This document shows positions 1 to 7,769 of a stretch of DNA of 39,915 nucleotides, piece after piece (the stretch's first letter is position 1; each line of letters starts with the position of its first letter). The notes under the pieces were generated by a model. That model ran no database searches and had not been told where the DNA came from. It saw nothing but the letters and a program-made list of their open reading frames with translations. Position numbers and translations under genes: made by a program. Location: positions 1 through 39,915 of the IMG/VR virus record IMGVR_UViG_3300042516_001025, one strand, 5' to 3'. Origin of the DNA: a virus (lineage: Duplodnaviria; Caudoviricetes).

Positions 1-421
1 TCACATTCACATTCACAGTCACAGACCCCCCCTCCCGGGGGGGTTGAAGGGGGGGATCGCCTAGGACGGCTTCTGCGGCCTTGGCTGGCTTGGACGACCC
101 GAGGTAGCACCCGACCTCTTCGCACGCCTTGGAGCGCCTCCTAGCCGCCTTCCTGTCGATGCTGGCGAGCCACTCCGCCTCCTCCCACGCAACCCGTGCG
201 GAGTGGGCTGCGATCCGCCCTTCCCGGAGCCGGACGGCCACTGGGTGGCGGGACCGAACCGCGTCGGCCACGTCACGGGGGCAGGTCAGGCTGGCCGTCC
301 CGGGACGGTCGTCGAAATCCTGACACGGATATCCGTCATCGTTGACCCGGCACAGGTAGGCGTGGAACTGTGCCTTCCCTCGACGCTTCCGGTTACGGCC
401 CCGACCTCGCTGCCTATTCAT
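1..421 (-). CDS. 5' part of Arg-rich hypothetical protein (full copy at 39043-39651)
   Basis: ATG at 421 overlaps the end of the lysozyme gene. Reads MNRQRGRGRNRKRRGKAQF... and stays open to the window edge. Confidence 0.7.
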   Translation of the reverse strand, partial: MNRQRGRGRNRKRRGKAQFHAYLCRVNDDGYPCQDFDDRPGTASLTCPRDVADAVRSRHPVAVRLREGRIAAHSARVAWEEAEWLASIDRKAARRRSKACEEVGCYLGSSKPAKAAEAVLGDPPLQPPREGGSVTVNVNV

Positions 422-685
422 CGCTGCGCTCCCATGCTGCGCGGGCCTTCGCCCGGTATCCCTTGGTCGCCGACTTGCGGTGGCCCTTCGGCCCGCCATT
501 CCACACCCCGGCGACGGTCTCGATGTCCCACGACGGAGCGTACCTGCTGACGTACGCCACGAACACAGCCTCCGCGTACTCGCGATCGTGGACATCGAGG
601 TACTCGCGCTTGCCCAGCGCGGGGCTGTAGGCGACGGCATCGACCCACGCACATCGGTGGATCTGCAACCTGCCACGCGCCTTGC
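1..685. repeat. Terminal direct repeat, left copy (matches 39231-39915)
   Basis: Colinear with 39231-39915 at offset 39230 with no indels. I counted 33 substitutions by hand, all between positions 114 and 558. Confidence 0.95.
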
Positions 686-821
686 CACCGTCCCCGACGG
701 CGGCGTCGGGGTTGCGGTGGCCGCCAGTCTCGACGGCCTCGATGGCATCGAGGATCCGGCGCACGTCGGTACCCGGCGGGGGCGGAACGACGAGCGCCAC
801 GGCGACGATCGCGGCGATCAT
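414..821 (-). CDS. Lysozyme-like / lytic transglycosylase with N-terminal hydrophobic signal
   Basis: MIAAIVAVALVV followed by LDAIEAVETGG...GDGGKARGRLQI...WNGGPKG, a lysozyme-superfamily pattern (catalytic E, GxxQI, WNGG). ATGA overlap with the upstream gene. Confidence 0.75.
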   Translation of the reverse strand: MIAAIVAVALVVPPPPGTDVRRILDAIEAVETGGHRNPDAAVGDGGKARGRLQIHRCAWVDAVAYSPALGKREYLDVHDREYAEAVFVAYVSRYAPSWDIETVAGVWNGGPKGHRKSATKGYRAKARAAWERSDE

Positions 822-1165
822 GCCACACCCCGCGCACTGTGGAACTCGATGCGCGGACCCTGCATCGAGCAGTGACGCACCGCACCAAGGTGCGCGGCCA
901 GCAGGTTGCGGACGGCACCGCGCAGGGTGCGATCGCTCGCCATCGCAAGGGTCTCCCACTCCACCCGGCGGGTGGACTGGTTGGGGCAGCCGCATGAGTC
1001 GAGGTCCATGTGGGTCACGGGGATCCCAGCCAGCACGGTCACGCACTGCGCCTCATACAGGACGCGCACGTTGGCACGGCGCAGGAGGGCGGTCAGGTAC
1101 TGGTCGTCGCGGGCGACCACGCGGGCGCGGAGTTCGCGCTTGATCAGGCGGATCGAGTCGGTCAT
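818..1165 (-). CDS. Hypothetical early protein
   Basis: RBS GGAGACACACCC before ATG; MTDSIRLIKREL... Confidence 0.7.
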   Translation of the reverse strand: MTDSIRLIKRELRARVVARDDQYLTALLRRANVRVLYEAQCVTVLAGIPVTHMDLDSCGCPNQSTRRVEWETLAMASDRTLRGAVRNLLAAHLGAVRHCSMQGPRIEFHSARGVA

Positions 1166-1187
1166 GGGTGTGTCTCCGGGTTGGGGT

Positions 1188-1376
1188 TCAGGCATTGCCG
1201 CCACGCTGGCGGCGCTCATGGTTGGCGTGGTCGGTCGCGATGCGGAGGATGTCCGCCCACTGATCACCGGCGAGCATGATCAGGTCTGCGACGATGTCGG
1301 TCGCAGCCTCGACAGAGGCGTCGTCCAGCCCGGTTGCGGATTTGTGAAGTTCGATTGCGAACAGGTGTCGAGCCAT
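1188..1376 (-). CDS. Hypothetical early protein
   Basis: RBS ACATGGAGAGA; MARHLFAIEL...; follows a twin-hairpin element. Confidence 0.7.
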   Translation of the reverse strand: MARHLFAIELHKSATGLDDASVEAATDIVADLIMLAGDQWADILRIATDHANHERRQRGGNA

Positions 1377-1456
1377 AGGTCTCTCCATGTGTGAGTGAGT
1401 GAATCCTGCACAGTGCAGGGCAAGGCACCCCGTAGGGTGCCGAGCCGCGTACTGGG
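1377..1456 (-). promoter_or_regulatory. Twin-hairpin intergenic element, copy 5
   Basis: Minus strand: GGCACCC-TACG-GGGTGCC (1424-1441), 4 nt, CCTGCAC-T-GTGCAGG (1405-1419), AC-rich spacer, ACATGGAGA. Confidence 0.85.
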
Positions 1457-1705
1457 TCAGACCCATTCTTCCAGCGCGGACTGGACCTGCGTCCAGTCAA
1501 CATCGGCGAGGCGGTCGCCGTCCGGCGTCACAGGCTCGCCGTCGAGCGTGTCGAACAGCGCCTCGATGTCACGCCGCAGGTCGGTCGTCGTCGTCGTGCG
1601 GCGGGCGATCCGGCGGGCGCTGGACTCCAGCCCCTCGTCGTTGCCCAACCACAGCATCAGGTTCCACGTTGCGCGGTTCGTCCAGCCGTTGTAGGTCTCG
1701 TCCAT
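1457..1705 (-). CDS. Conserved small phage protein (YNGWTN..TW...W..ND type)
   Basis: MDETYNGWTNRATWNLMLWLGNDEGL, a motif I recognise from small early phage proteins; RBS GGAGACACACAC. Confidence 0.8.
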   Translation of the reverse strand: MDETYNGWTNRATWNLMLWLGNDEGLESSARRIARRTTTTTDLRRDIEALFDTLDGEPVTPDGDRLADVDWTQVQSALEEWV

Positions 1706-1731
1706 GTGTGTGTCTCCGTTTGAGGGTTGAA

Positions 1732-2115
1732 TCAGCCCCACAGCCACTGCTGCTGGGGATACAGGATCGTGACATCGGACAGCGCATCCGCCGAGATGGG
1801 CAGGTACGGGCGCTGCTTGACTTCCGCCGTACCGGCCAGCACGGCAGCGCCGATGTCGGCCAGCACAGCACGGGTCCGGTCGGTCACCGCGTGGCTGTCT
1901 GCCTTGCGGACCTGCACGGTGTACCGGACGCTGGTCCGGCCACCGACGAACCACACGCCGCCAGTGCCACGGATGCGCCAGCGGCGGGTGCCGCTGGTGA
2001 TCTCCGTGGTCACGTTCGGCGAGGTGAACGCCACGAAGTCGCTGCGGGGGATGCGCTGCCCGTCACCGCACAGTGCGGTGAGCGCGGCGATGTATCGATC
2101 GCGAAGGGTTGCCAT
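1732..2115 (-). CDS. Hypothetical early protein
   Basis: 127-aa ORF with RBS ACATGGAGAGACACAC. Confidence 0.75.
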   Translation of the reverse strand: MATLRDRYIAALTALCGDGQRIPRSDFVAFTSPNVTTEITSGTRRWRIRGTGGVWFVGGRTSVRYTVQVRKADSHAVTDRTRAVLADIGAAVLAGTAEVKQRPYLPISADALSDVTILYPQQQWLWG

Positions 2116-2199
2116 GTGTGTCTCTCCATGTTGGGGGAATCGAGTTCCTGCACGGTGCAGGGGATGCCGCCCCCGTAGGGGCGGTCACCCGCGCATCGG
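2116..2199 (-). promoter_or_regulatory. Twin-hairpin intergenic element, copy 4
   Basis: CCGCCCC-TACG-GGGGCGG (within 2166-2185), CCTGCAC-C-GTGCAGG (2147-2161), ACATGGAGA. Confidence 0.85.
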
Positions 2200-2442
2200 T
2201 CAGCATCGGGCCGTGTGGCCCTCGCGAAGTCCATCGACGAACTGGACCACGTCACGCGCCGCACTGCGGATGATCATTGTGCGGCCCTCGCCTCGACGGC
2301 GGTACACCGCGTAGATGAACGGGAGGTGTTCCTCCGCCGTGTAGTGGCCGTCGTCGTGCGGGCCGCAGCCTGTGTGTGCGTTGATCCGGTCGAGGGTGCG
2401 CTGTACGCGCTGGAGGCTGAATATGAGTGGCTTGCGGTACAT
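2200..2442 (-). CDS. Hypothetical early protein
   Basis: 80-aa ORF MYRKPLIFSLQ... with RBS ACATGGAGAGA. Confidence 0.75.
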   Translation of the reverse strand: MYRKPLIFSLQRVQRTLDRINAHTGCGPHDDGHYTAEEHLPFIYAVYRRRGEGRTMIIRSAARDVVQFVDGLREGHTARC

Positions 2443-2533
2443 CGGGGTCTCTCCATGTTGTGGTTGCTGAATCCCGGACAGTCCGGGCCACGCCGCCCCC
2501 GTAGGGGCGGCTAGGCCAGTGCTGGAAGGTCGG
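2443..2533 (-). promoter_or_regulatory. Twin-hairpin intergenic element, copy 3 (compensatory variant)
   Basis: GCCGCCCC-TACG-GGGGCGGC (2492-2511), 4 nt, CCCGGAC-T-GTCCGGG (2473-2487), ACATGGAGA. Confidence 0.85.
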
Positions 2534-2998
2534 TCACTTGACGCGGTGCAGGTGGAAACTCACGCCCGTGGCCGAACGCAATGCCTGTGCAGCCAGTCCC
2601 GGGCGAGCGATCGAGCGGTGGTGACGCTCGTCGTTGGCGTTGCCCGTCCGGCTGTGGGCGATGACGTGCGCGGCCACGTCGGTCTCCCATTCCTCGATCG
2701 GCGGGATCGCGGCCAGCGCATCCGCACGGGACGCGAACCAGTGCGCCGTCGCGGGGCTGTTGGCGTAGACCACGCCGACGATCCAGTACGGGGTGTGGAT
2801 CTGCGGCACCGCGTCGCCACGGCGGCGCAGCGTCGGCTCGACGACCTCGCGGACGGCTTCGGCGGTCAGTTCGGTGTCGCACTCCCCGGCGGCGAGCCGG
2901 AGGGCTTCGGTCAGGACATCGACCAGCGCGGCCTTGGACAGGCGGGCAAGGTAGGCGGCGTCAGCGCCGCTAACGGTGCGGAGTTTCTTCAGGCTCAT
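2534..2998 (-). CDS. Hypothetical early protein
   Basis: MSLKKLRTVSG... downstream of RBS ACATGGAGAC. Confidence 0.75.
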   Translation of the reverse strand: MSLKKLRTVSGADAAYLARLSKAALVDVLTEALRLAAGECDTELTAEAVREVVEPTLRRRGDAVPQIHTPYWIVGVVYANSPATAHWFASRADALAAIPPIEEWETDVAAHVIAHSRTGNANDERHHRSIARPGLAAQALRSATGVSFHLHRVK

Positions 2999-3079
2999 GA
3001 TGCGTGTCTCCATGTGTGAGGTGTGTGAGTTTCCTGCACGGTGCAGGGCAGGTCGCCCCGGAGGGCGACGAGCCGCGCA
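2999..3079 (-). promoter_or_regulatory. Twin-hairpin intergenic element, copy 2
   Basis: GTCGCCC-TCCG-GGGCGAC (3052-3069), 4 nt, CCTGCAC-C-GTGCAGG (3033-3047), ACATGGAGA. Confidence 0.85.
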
Positions 3080-3346
3080 TCAGGCGGGTCGGGGGGCGGG
3101 CGTGAAGTCGATGTGATTGTCGTCGATGTCATCGGCGATGCGGGCGGTGGCACCGTCGGGCATTGTCCAGTACCACGACTTGCCGACGCGGCTCATGCTG
3201 GTCCCGCCAGCGAGGCGGACGAAGTTGAGCGCCTCGCGGTGGCTGCTGAAGGCGGCAGACCACGGCTCTTCCATGCCATGCGCCATGCGGCGGTAGCAGT
3301 CGGCTGGGGTTTCCGGCTTGACGGTGATCAGGTTGTGGTTTGGCAT
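3080..3346 (-). CDS. Hypothetical early protein
   Basis: MPNHNLITVKPETP..., RBS GAGGA. Confidence 0.7.
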   Translation of the reverse strand: MPNHNLITVKPETPADCYRRMAHGMEEPWSAAFSSHREALNFVRLAGGTSMSRVGKSWYWTMPDGATARIADDIDDNHIDFTPAPRPA

Positions 3347-3354
3347 GGTGGTCC

Positions 3355-3435
3355 TCAATCGACGAACAGGGCTGCGATGGCGAACGGGACGATCGCGAGG
3401 GCGATCACGCATTGCAAGGCGAAGGTGGCGTCCAT
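3355..3435 (-). CDS. 26-aa single-pass membrane microprotein
   Basis: MDATFALQCVIALAIVPFAIAALFVD with RBS GGAGCCACAC; fills the gap between its neighbours. Confidence 0.6.
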   Translation of the reverse strand: MDATFALQCVIALAIVPFAIAALFVD

Positions 3436-3448
3436 GTGTGGCTCCGGG

Positions 3449-3661
3449 TTAGCGTCCATTCTCGATGGACTGGTAGCGGTTGGTCAGGGTGATCATCGTC
3501 TCGCGGGCAGCCGCATAGGTCGTGTGGACCTTCGGCTGGCGTTCGCCGTCACACAGGCGTCCATCGGCGTCCAGCGGCAGTCCGGAGACTTCGCTGTACA
3601 CGATCCAGCCCCCGCAGGGCTGCTTCTCCATCGACGCGAAACGGTTGCGGTAGGTCTTCAT
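3449..3661 (-). CDS. First gene of the early operon, hypothetical
   Basis: MKTYRNRFASMEKQPCGGW..., RBS ACATGGAGAG. Confidence 0.75.
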   Translation of the reverse strand: MKTYRNRFASMEKQPCGGWIVYSEVSGLPLDADGRLCDGERQPKVHTTYAAARETMITLTNRYQSIENGR

Positions 3662-3730
3662 GTCAAGGCTCTCCATGTGTGGTGTGAATCCTGCACGGTG
3701 CAGGCCATGCGCCCCGGTCCGGGGCGGCAG
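3662..3730 (-). promoter_or_regulatory. Twin-hairpin intergenic element, copy 1
   Basis: CGCCCCG-GAC-CGGGGCG (3710-3726), CCTGCAC-C-GTGCAGG (3690-3704), ACATGGAGA. Confidence 0.8.
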
Positions 3731-3758
3731 GCTCAAACCGTGGGGCTTGAGGGCTGAC

Positions 3759-3790
3759 TTGTCAAAGAGCGACCGATCAGCAGGTGATCG
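3759..3790 (-). promoter_or_regulatory. boxB-like hairpin plus boxA antitermination signal
   Basis: CGATCA-CCTGC-TGATCG hairpin (3774-3790) followed by CGCTCTTTGACAA (3759-3771), close to rrn boxA TGCTCTTTAACAA. Confidence 0.65.
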
Positions 3791-3798
3791 ATGCACAC

Positions 3799-3826
3799 AC
3801 AGTAATGCACGGTACTGCACGGTCAA
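3799..3826 (-). promoter_or_regulatory. sigma70-like leftward early promoter
   Basis: TTGACC-16 nt-TACTGT; spacer region carries a tandem ACCGTGCA repeat. Confidence 0.65.
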
Positions 3827-3907
3827 GGGGGTAGAGGGCAGATTCTGAAGATTTTTTCGCGAGGCTACAGATGATCAGGGAATCGGGGCTGTGCAATGCG
3901 GGGCAGC

Positions 3908-4396
3908 ATGGCACTACCGCAACGAACGAAGAGGGGCGGGCCAAGCCTTGAGGAGGCTGGCGAGATCGAGTCGAGGAAACTCGCCTTCCTCGCCGCGCTG
4001 CCATCGCTGGGTGTCACCGCTGCTGCTCGCGAGGCTGGCGTGGCGGAGTTCACGCCGTGCAAGTGGTACGCGAACGACGCCAAGTTCCGCGCTGCTTGGG
4101 ATGCGCTGGAGCCGCTGACCGCGAGGCGGTTGGAGGCCATCGCCGACGCCGTTGTAAACGGCGAGCGAGAGTTGAACAGCAGCGCCGCGCAGATCCTGAT
4201 GTTCCGGCTCAAGGGGCTGCGCCCGTCGGTCTACCGCGAGCGGTCCAGCGTCGAACACACCGGGGCCAACGGCGGGCCGATCGCGATCGAGAACGGCGAG
4301 GCCAGCCGGGGCGCGATGATGCTCGCCGAATGGAGCGCCGCCATGCTGCCCGCCCCGCTGCCAGCCATCGAGGCCAAGCCGGAGGGCGACGAGTGA
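3908..4396 (+). CDS. terS: Terminase small subunit
   Basis: HTH-like FLAAL..LGVTAAAREAGV, then LMFRLKGLRPSVYRER and VEHTGANGGPI; just upstream of terL. Confidence 0.8.
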   Translation: MALPQRTKRGGPSLEEAGEIESRKLAFLAALPSLGVTAAAREAGVAEFTPCKWYANDAKFRAAWDALEPLTARRLEAIADAVVNGERELNSSAAQILMFRLKGLRPSVYRERSSVEHTGANGGPIAIENGEASRGAMMLAEWSAAMLPAPLPAIEAKPEGDE

Positions 4397-4467
4397 GCGA
4401 GGCCGCAGCCTTCGCCGTCGCGCTCGCCGTCGTGTGGGCGCTGACCGCAGGGCAGCGGCGTGACTGA
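4393..4467 (+). CDS. 24-aa hydrophobic microprotein
   Basis: GTGA-coupled start; MSEAAAFAVALAVVWALTAGQRRD bridges terS and terL. Confidence 0.4.
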   Translation: MSEAAAFAVALAVVWALTAGQRRD

Positions 4468-6181
4468 CCCGCTCGCCATCGTTCAGTTCCGGCAGCGCAT
4501 CCTGAAAGCGACGGCGGACGAGCGACCGCACCTGCGGGCCGCCTTCGCCAGCGACTTCGCCGCGTGGTGCGACGCCACCGCGTGGACCTTCCGCGTCAAG
4601 GAAGTCGGCGACGATGGGCGCGAGCGCCCGGTGCGCCAGCCCCACGTCCCGTTCATGCTGTGGCCTTGCCAACGCCGCGCAGCCCGCGAGGTGATCGAGG
4701 GCATCGAGGCTGGCCGCGACGTGGTGATCCGCAAGTCCCGCGACATGGGAGCATCGTGGCTGGTCTCCGCGATCGCCGTGTGGGGCTGGATGTTCAAGGG
4801 CTGGCAGTCGCTGCTGGTCAGCCGCGTCGAGGATCTCGTCGATCGCAGCGGCGACCCCGACTCGCTCTTCTGGAAACTCGACTACCTGCTGGAGTCGCAG
4901 CCGACGTGGCTGCTGCCCTGCGCCCCGGACGCGCTCGCCAAGGGCGGGCAGTTCCGCCAGCACATGGTGCTGCGCCACCCGACCAGCGGGGCCACGATCA
5001 CCGGCCAAGCCAGCACCGAACACATCGGGCGCGGTGGTCGCCGCACGTTCGTCCTCTTCGACGAGTTCGCGGCCCTCGACAACGCCGCCGCAGCGTGGCG
5101 CTCCGCAGCCGACTGCACGTCGTGCCGCGTCGCCAACAGCACGCCCATCGGCGCGGGCAGCGAGTACTCGCGGCTGGTCAGCACGGCACGCACGCGGGGC
5201 GAGCCACGGCTGGTCGAGTTGATGTACCACGATCACCCGGAGAAGGGGGCCGGGTCGCAGCACCGCATCGACGACGACGGGTCGGTGACCGGGTTCGCCG
5301 GGTCGCCGTTCGTGTGGACCCCGTGGCTGGCGGAGCAGGTGCGCCGCCGTGACCGGGTGGACCTCGCGCAGAACGTCTTCGCGGAGAGCGTCGGCAGCGG
5401 GGCCGCGTTCTTCCCGTCGCACATCGTCACGGCCCACCGCGACCAGCACGGGGCGGAGCCGCGACGGTGCGAGGTCCGCCGCGATCGGCTGGTGCCGGAG
5501 CCGCAGGGGCGGTGGCGGGTGTGGGGGGAGCCGTCGCGCACGGCGGAGTACGTCGCCTTCATCGACCCGTCGCACGGCACGGGCAGCGCCAACAGCGCCG
5601 TCTGCGTCATGGACGCGCTGGCTCGCCGGGTGGTGGCGGAGTTCGTGGACCCCAACATCGCGACGTACGACCTCGCGCTGGAGGTGGCGAACGCCATGCG
5701 CCGGGTGTGGCGGGGCAAGCGGGCCACGCTGGTGGGTTGGGAGACCAACGGCCCGGGCGCGGCGTTGCAGCACGACTTCGACCGGGCGCAGTACCCGGCG
5801 ATCTACCGCCAGCGGCAGACGGGGACGACCAGCGAGCGGGCCACGCGGCGTGTGGGGTGGACCAGCACCAAGCGTGCCAAGCGTGCGCTGCTTGGGGACT
5901 TGAGCCGTGCGATCGCGCAGGGCGAGGTGGAGATCCCCAGCATGGACTCGCTCGACGAGATGCTGGAGTACGTCATCCTCGACGACGGAAGCATCGAGGC
6001 CGGGTCTCGCCGTGACGAGTCGAGCGGTGCGCGTGAGGCGCACGGTGACCGCGTGATTGCGCTGGCCGGGGCGTTGATGCTGTGCGCGGAGGTGGGCGGT
6101 CCGGTCGAGGACGAGCCGCAGTACAGCCCGGACACTTTGGGGTCAATCTTGCGTCACGACGACGTGATGCGCGAGTGGTGA
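4460..6181 (+). CDS. terL: Terminase large subunit
   Basis: Walker A-like KSRDMGASW, Walker B VLFDEFA, NSTP motif, nuclease IDPSHG and C-terminal HGDRVIA. Confidence 0.92.
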   Translation: MTDPLAIVQFRQRILKATADERPHLRAAFASDFAAWCDATAWTFRVKEVGDDGRERPVRQPHVPFMLWPCQRRAAREVIEGIEAGRDVVIRKSRDMGASWLVSAIAVWGWMFKGWQSLLVSRVEDLVDRSGDPDSLFWKLDYLLESQPTWLLPCAPDALAKGGQFRQHMVLRHPTSGATITGQASTEHIGRGGRRTFVLFDEFAALDNAAAAWRSAADCTSCRVANSTPIGAGSEYSRLVSTARTRGEPRLVELMYHDHPEKGAGSQHRIDDDGSVTGFAGSPFVWTPWLAEQVRRRDRVDLAQNVFAESVGSGAAFFPSHIVTAHRDQHGAEPRRCEVRRDRLVPEPQGRWRVWGEPSRTAEYVAFIDPSHGTGSANSAVCVMDALARRVVAEFVDPNIATYDLALEVANAMRRVWRGKRATLVGWETNGPGAALQHDFDRAQYPAIYRQRQTGTTSERATRRVGWTSTKRAKRALLGDLSRAIAQGEVEIPSMDSLDEMLEYVILDDGSIEAGSRRDESSGAREAHGDRVIALAGALMLCAEVGGPVEDEPQYSPDTLGSILRHDDVMREW

Positions 6182-6197
6182 CGGTACGGTGGTGTGC

Positions 6198-6428
6198 ATG
6201 GCGAAGAAGACGGTCAAGTTGAGTGTCGGTCGCGGCGAGAAGTTGCCCGTGTCGCGTGGTGCCGGGTTGACGGCGAAGGGCCGTGCCAAGCACAACCGTG
6301 CGACGGGCAGCAACCTCAAGGCACCGACGAAGGACAAGGACAACCCGCGCCACAAGTCGTTCTGCGCCCGCAGTCGGTCGTGGACTGGCGAGCGCGGCAA
6401 GGCTGCCCGTCGAAGGTGGGGGTGCTGA
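6198..6428 (+). CDS. Basic small protein (GLTAKGR...SFCAR...RRW-C type, DUF6321-like)
   Basis: Lys/Arg-rich 76 aa with a motif I recognise from aquatic phages. Confidence 0.8.
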   Translation: MAKKTVKLSVGRGEKLPVSRGAGLTAKGRAKHNRATGSNLKAPTKDKDNPRHKSFCARSRSWTGERGKAARRRWGC

Positions 6429-6429
6429 C

Positions 6430-6558
6430 ATGGCAAAGCGTTCACTCGTCGCGAACATCAACCGTCGCAAGCGCCTTGGGATCTCGCGCCCCAAGTCGAA
6501 GTCAACCGTGAGCGCGAAGTCATACGCCGCCATGAAGCGCGGCTGGAAGGGCAAGTGA
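6430..6558 (+). CDS. Basic microprotein
   Basis: MAKRSLVANINRRKRLGISRPKSKSTVSAKSYAAMKRGWKGK. Confidence 0.75.
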   Translation: MAKRSLVANINRRKRLGISRPKSKSTVSAKSYAAMKRGWKGK

Positions 6559-6668
6559 TGCCGAAGGTCGGAAAGAAGAAGTTCCCGTACACCGCGAAGG
6601 GCAAGAAGGCCGCTGCGTCATACGCGAAGAAGACTGGCAAGGCCGTGAAGAAGATGAAGGGCTACTGA
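6558..6668 (+). CDS. Basic microprotein
   Basis: MPKVGKKKFPYTAKGKKAAASYAKKTGKAVKKMKGY; TGATG coupling on both sides. Confidence 0.75.
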   Translation: MPKVGKKKFPYTAKGKKAAASYAKKTGKAVKKMKGY

Positions 6669-6796
6669 TGCCGTTCAAGAGCGAGCGCCAGCGTCGGTTC
6701 ATGTACGCGAAGCATCCGAAGATCGCTGCCCGCTGGACGCGTGAAGACAAGGCTGCGAAGCGAGCGCCCGTGAAGAAGAAGCGGAGCAAGCGGTGA
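6668..6796 (+). CDS. Basic microprotein (MPFKS..QRRFMYA.HP.IA.RW type)
   Basis: MPFKSERQRRFMYAKHPKIAARWTREDKAAKRAPVKKKRSKR; coupled start. Confidence 0.75.
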   Translation: MPFKSERQRRFMYAKHPKIAARWTREDKAAKRAPVKKKRSKR

Positions 6797-6873
6797 TCGC
6801 TGCGTGGCTGGTCCTGATCGGGTTCCAGTTGCTGATGATCGGCATGGTGGTTCGCGAGATTTGCAAGGACTGA
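6793..6873 (+). CDS. 26-aa membrane microprotein
   Basis: GTGA-coupled start; MIAAWLVLIGFQLLMIGMVVREICKD. Confidence 0.5.
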   Translation: MIAAWLVLIGFQLLMIGMVVREICKD

Positions 6874-6875
6874 CG

Positions 6876-7769
6876 ATGCCCCACGACTGGAAGGTCCACC
6901 ACAAGACCCGGAACATCCACGTCGTGGAGATCGAGGGCGTACGCCCGTCGGAGTTTGAGCATTGGGTGTTGCTGTCGAGCGACCGTCACCACGACTCGAC
7001 CCACGCGGACTGGGATTTGGAACGCAAGCACCTTGAGGAGGCCGTCGAGCGCAATGCGACGGTGCTTGACTGCGGTGACCTGTTCGACTGCATGGGTGGG
7101 CGTTGGGATCCGAGAAGTTCAAAAGGCGAGGTTCGCGCTGAATATGCGCTCGCCCCGGACTACCTTGATGCGATCGTGCGTGACGCTGCCCGGTTCTACG
7201 CGCCGTACGCGAAGCAGTTCGCGTGCATCGGGCGTGGCAACCATGAGACTGCGATCACCAAGCGCCATGAAGTGGACCTGACGGAGCGGCTATGCGGTGC
7301 CATGTCGCAGATCAGCGGCGTCCCTGTGGTTGCGAGCGGGTACGGCGGGTGGGTGGTGTTCCGCGTCCGGGTGTGGGGTACGACGGAGATCCCGTTGCGG
7401 CTGCGCTGGTTCCACGGCAGCGGTGGTGGCGGGCCGATGAGCCACGGGGTGTTGACCACCCGGCGGATGGCGTCGTGGCTGCCTGATGCTGACGTGGTGG
7501 TGAGCGGCCACACGCACGACCACTGGCACGTCAAGTTGATGCGGGAGAGGCTGGTCACTGTGAAGGGTGACTACCGGATTGGTCTGACGGAGCAGCACCA
7601 TGTGCGGACCCCCTCCTACAAGCAGGAGTGGAACGACGGCTGGGGTGGCTGGCACGTCGAGACCGGGAAGCCGCCGAAGCCGCAGGGTGCGATGTGGATG
7701 AAGTTGACGATGGCCGACACCAAGCACGATGGGATGCGGCTGATCGCGACCTTCACGGAGGCGAACTAA
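6876..7769 (+). CDS. Calcineurin-like metallophosphoesterase
   Basis: Motifs DxH (SDRH), GDLFD, GNHE, HG and GHTH in the expected order. Confidence 0.88.
   Translation: MPHDWKVHHKTRNIHVVEIEGVRPSEFEHWVLLSSDRHHDSTHADWDLERKHLEEAVERNATVLDCGDLFDCMGGRWDPRSSKGEVRAEYALAPDYLDAIVRDAARFYAPYAKQFACIGRGNHETAITKRHEVDLTERLCGAMSQISGVPVVASGYGGWVVFRVRVWGTTEIPLRLRWFHGSGGGGPMSHGVLTTRRMASWLPDADVVVSGHTHDHWHVKLMRERLVTVKGDYRIGLTEQHHVRTPSYKQEWNDGWGGWHVETGKPPKPQGAMWMKLTMADTKHDGMRLIATFTEAN

Noticed and set aside
1377-3730. CRISPR array or integron cassette array
   Set aside because: The intervals are whole genes of 240-660 bp and the repeats vary in sequence. I saw no cas genes, no integrase and no attC-type GTTRRRY ends.
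1377-3730. Self-cleaving ribozymes or intrinsic terminators as the identity of the twin hairpins
   Set aside because: No hammerhead CUGANGA/GAAA core or obvious pseudoknot by eye, and no U-tracts. An Rfam search is still needed.
3914-6043. 709-aa antisense ORF (likewise 8428-10086, 16647-18131, 23607-24941, 34125-36008)
   Set aside because: Shadow ORFs opposite well-supported genes, expected in GC-rich DNA with strong codon bias; no recognisable motifs.
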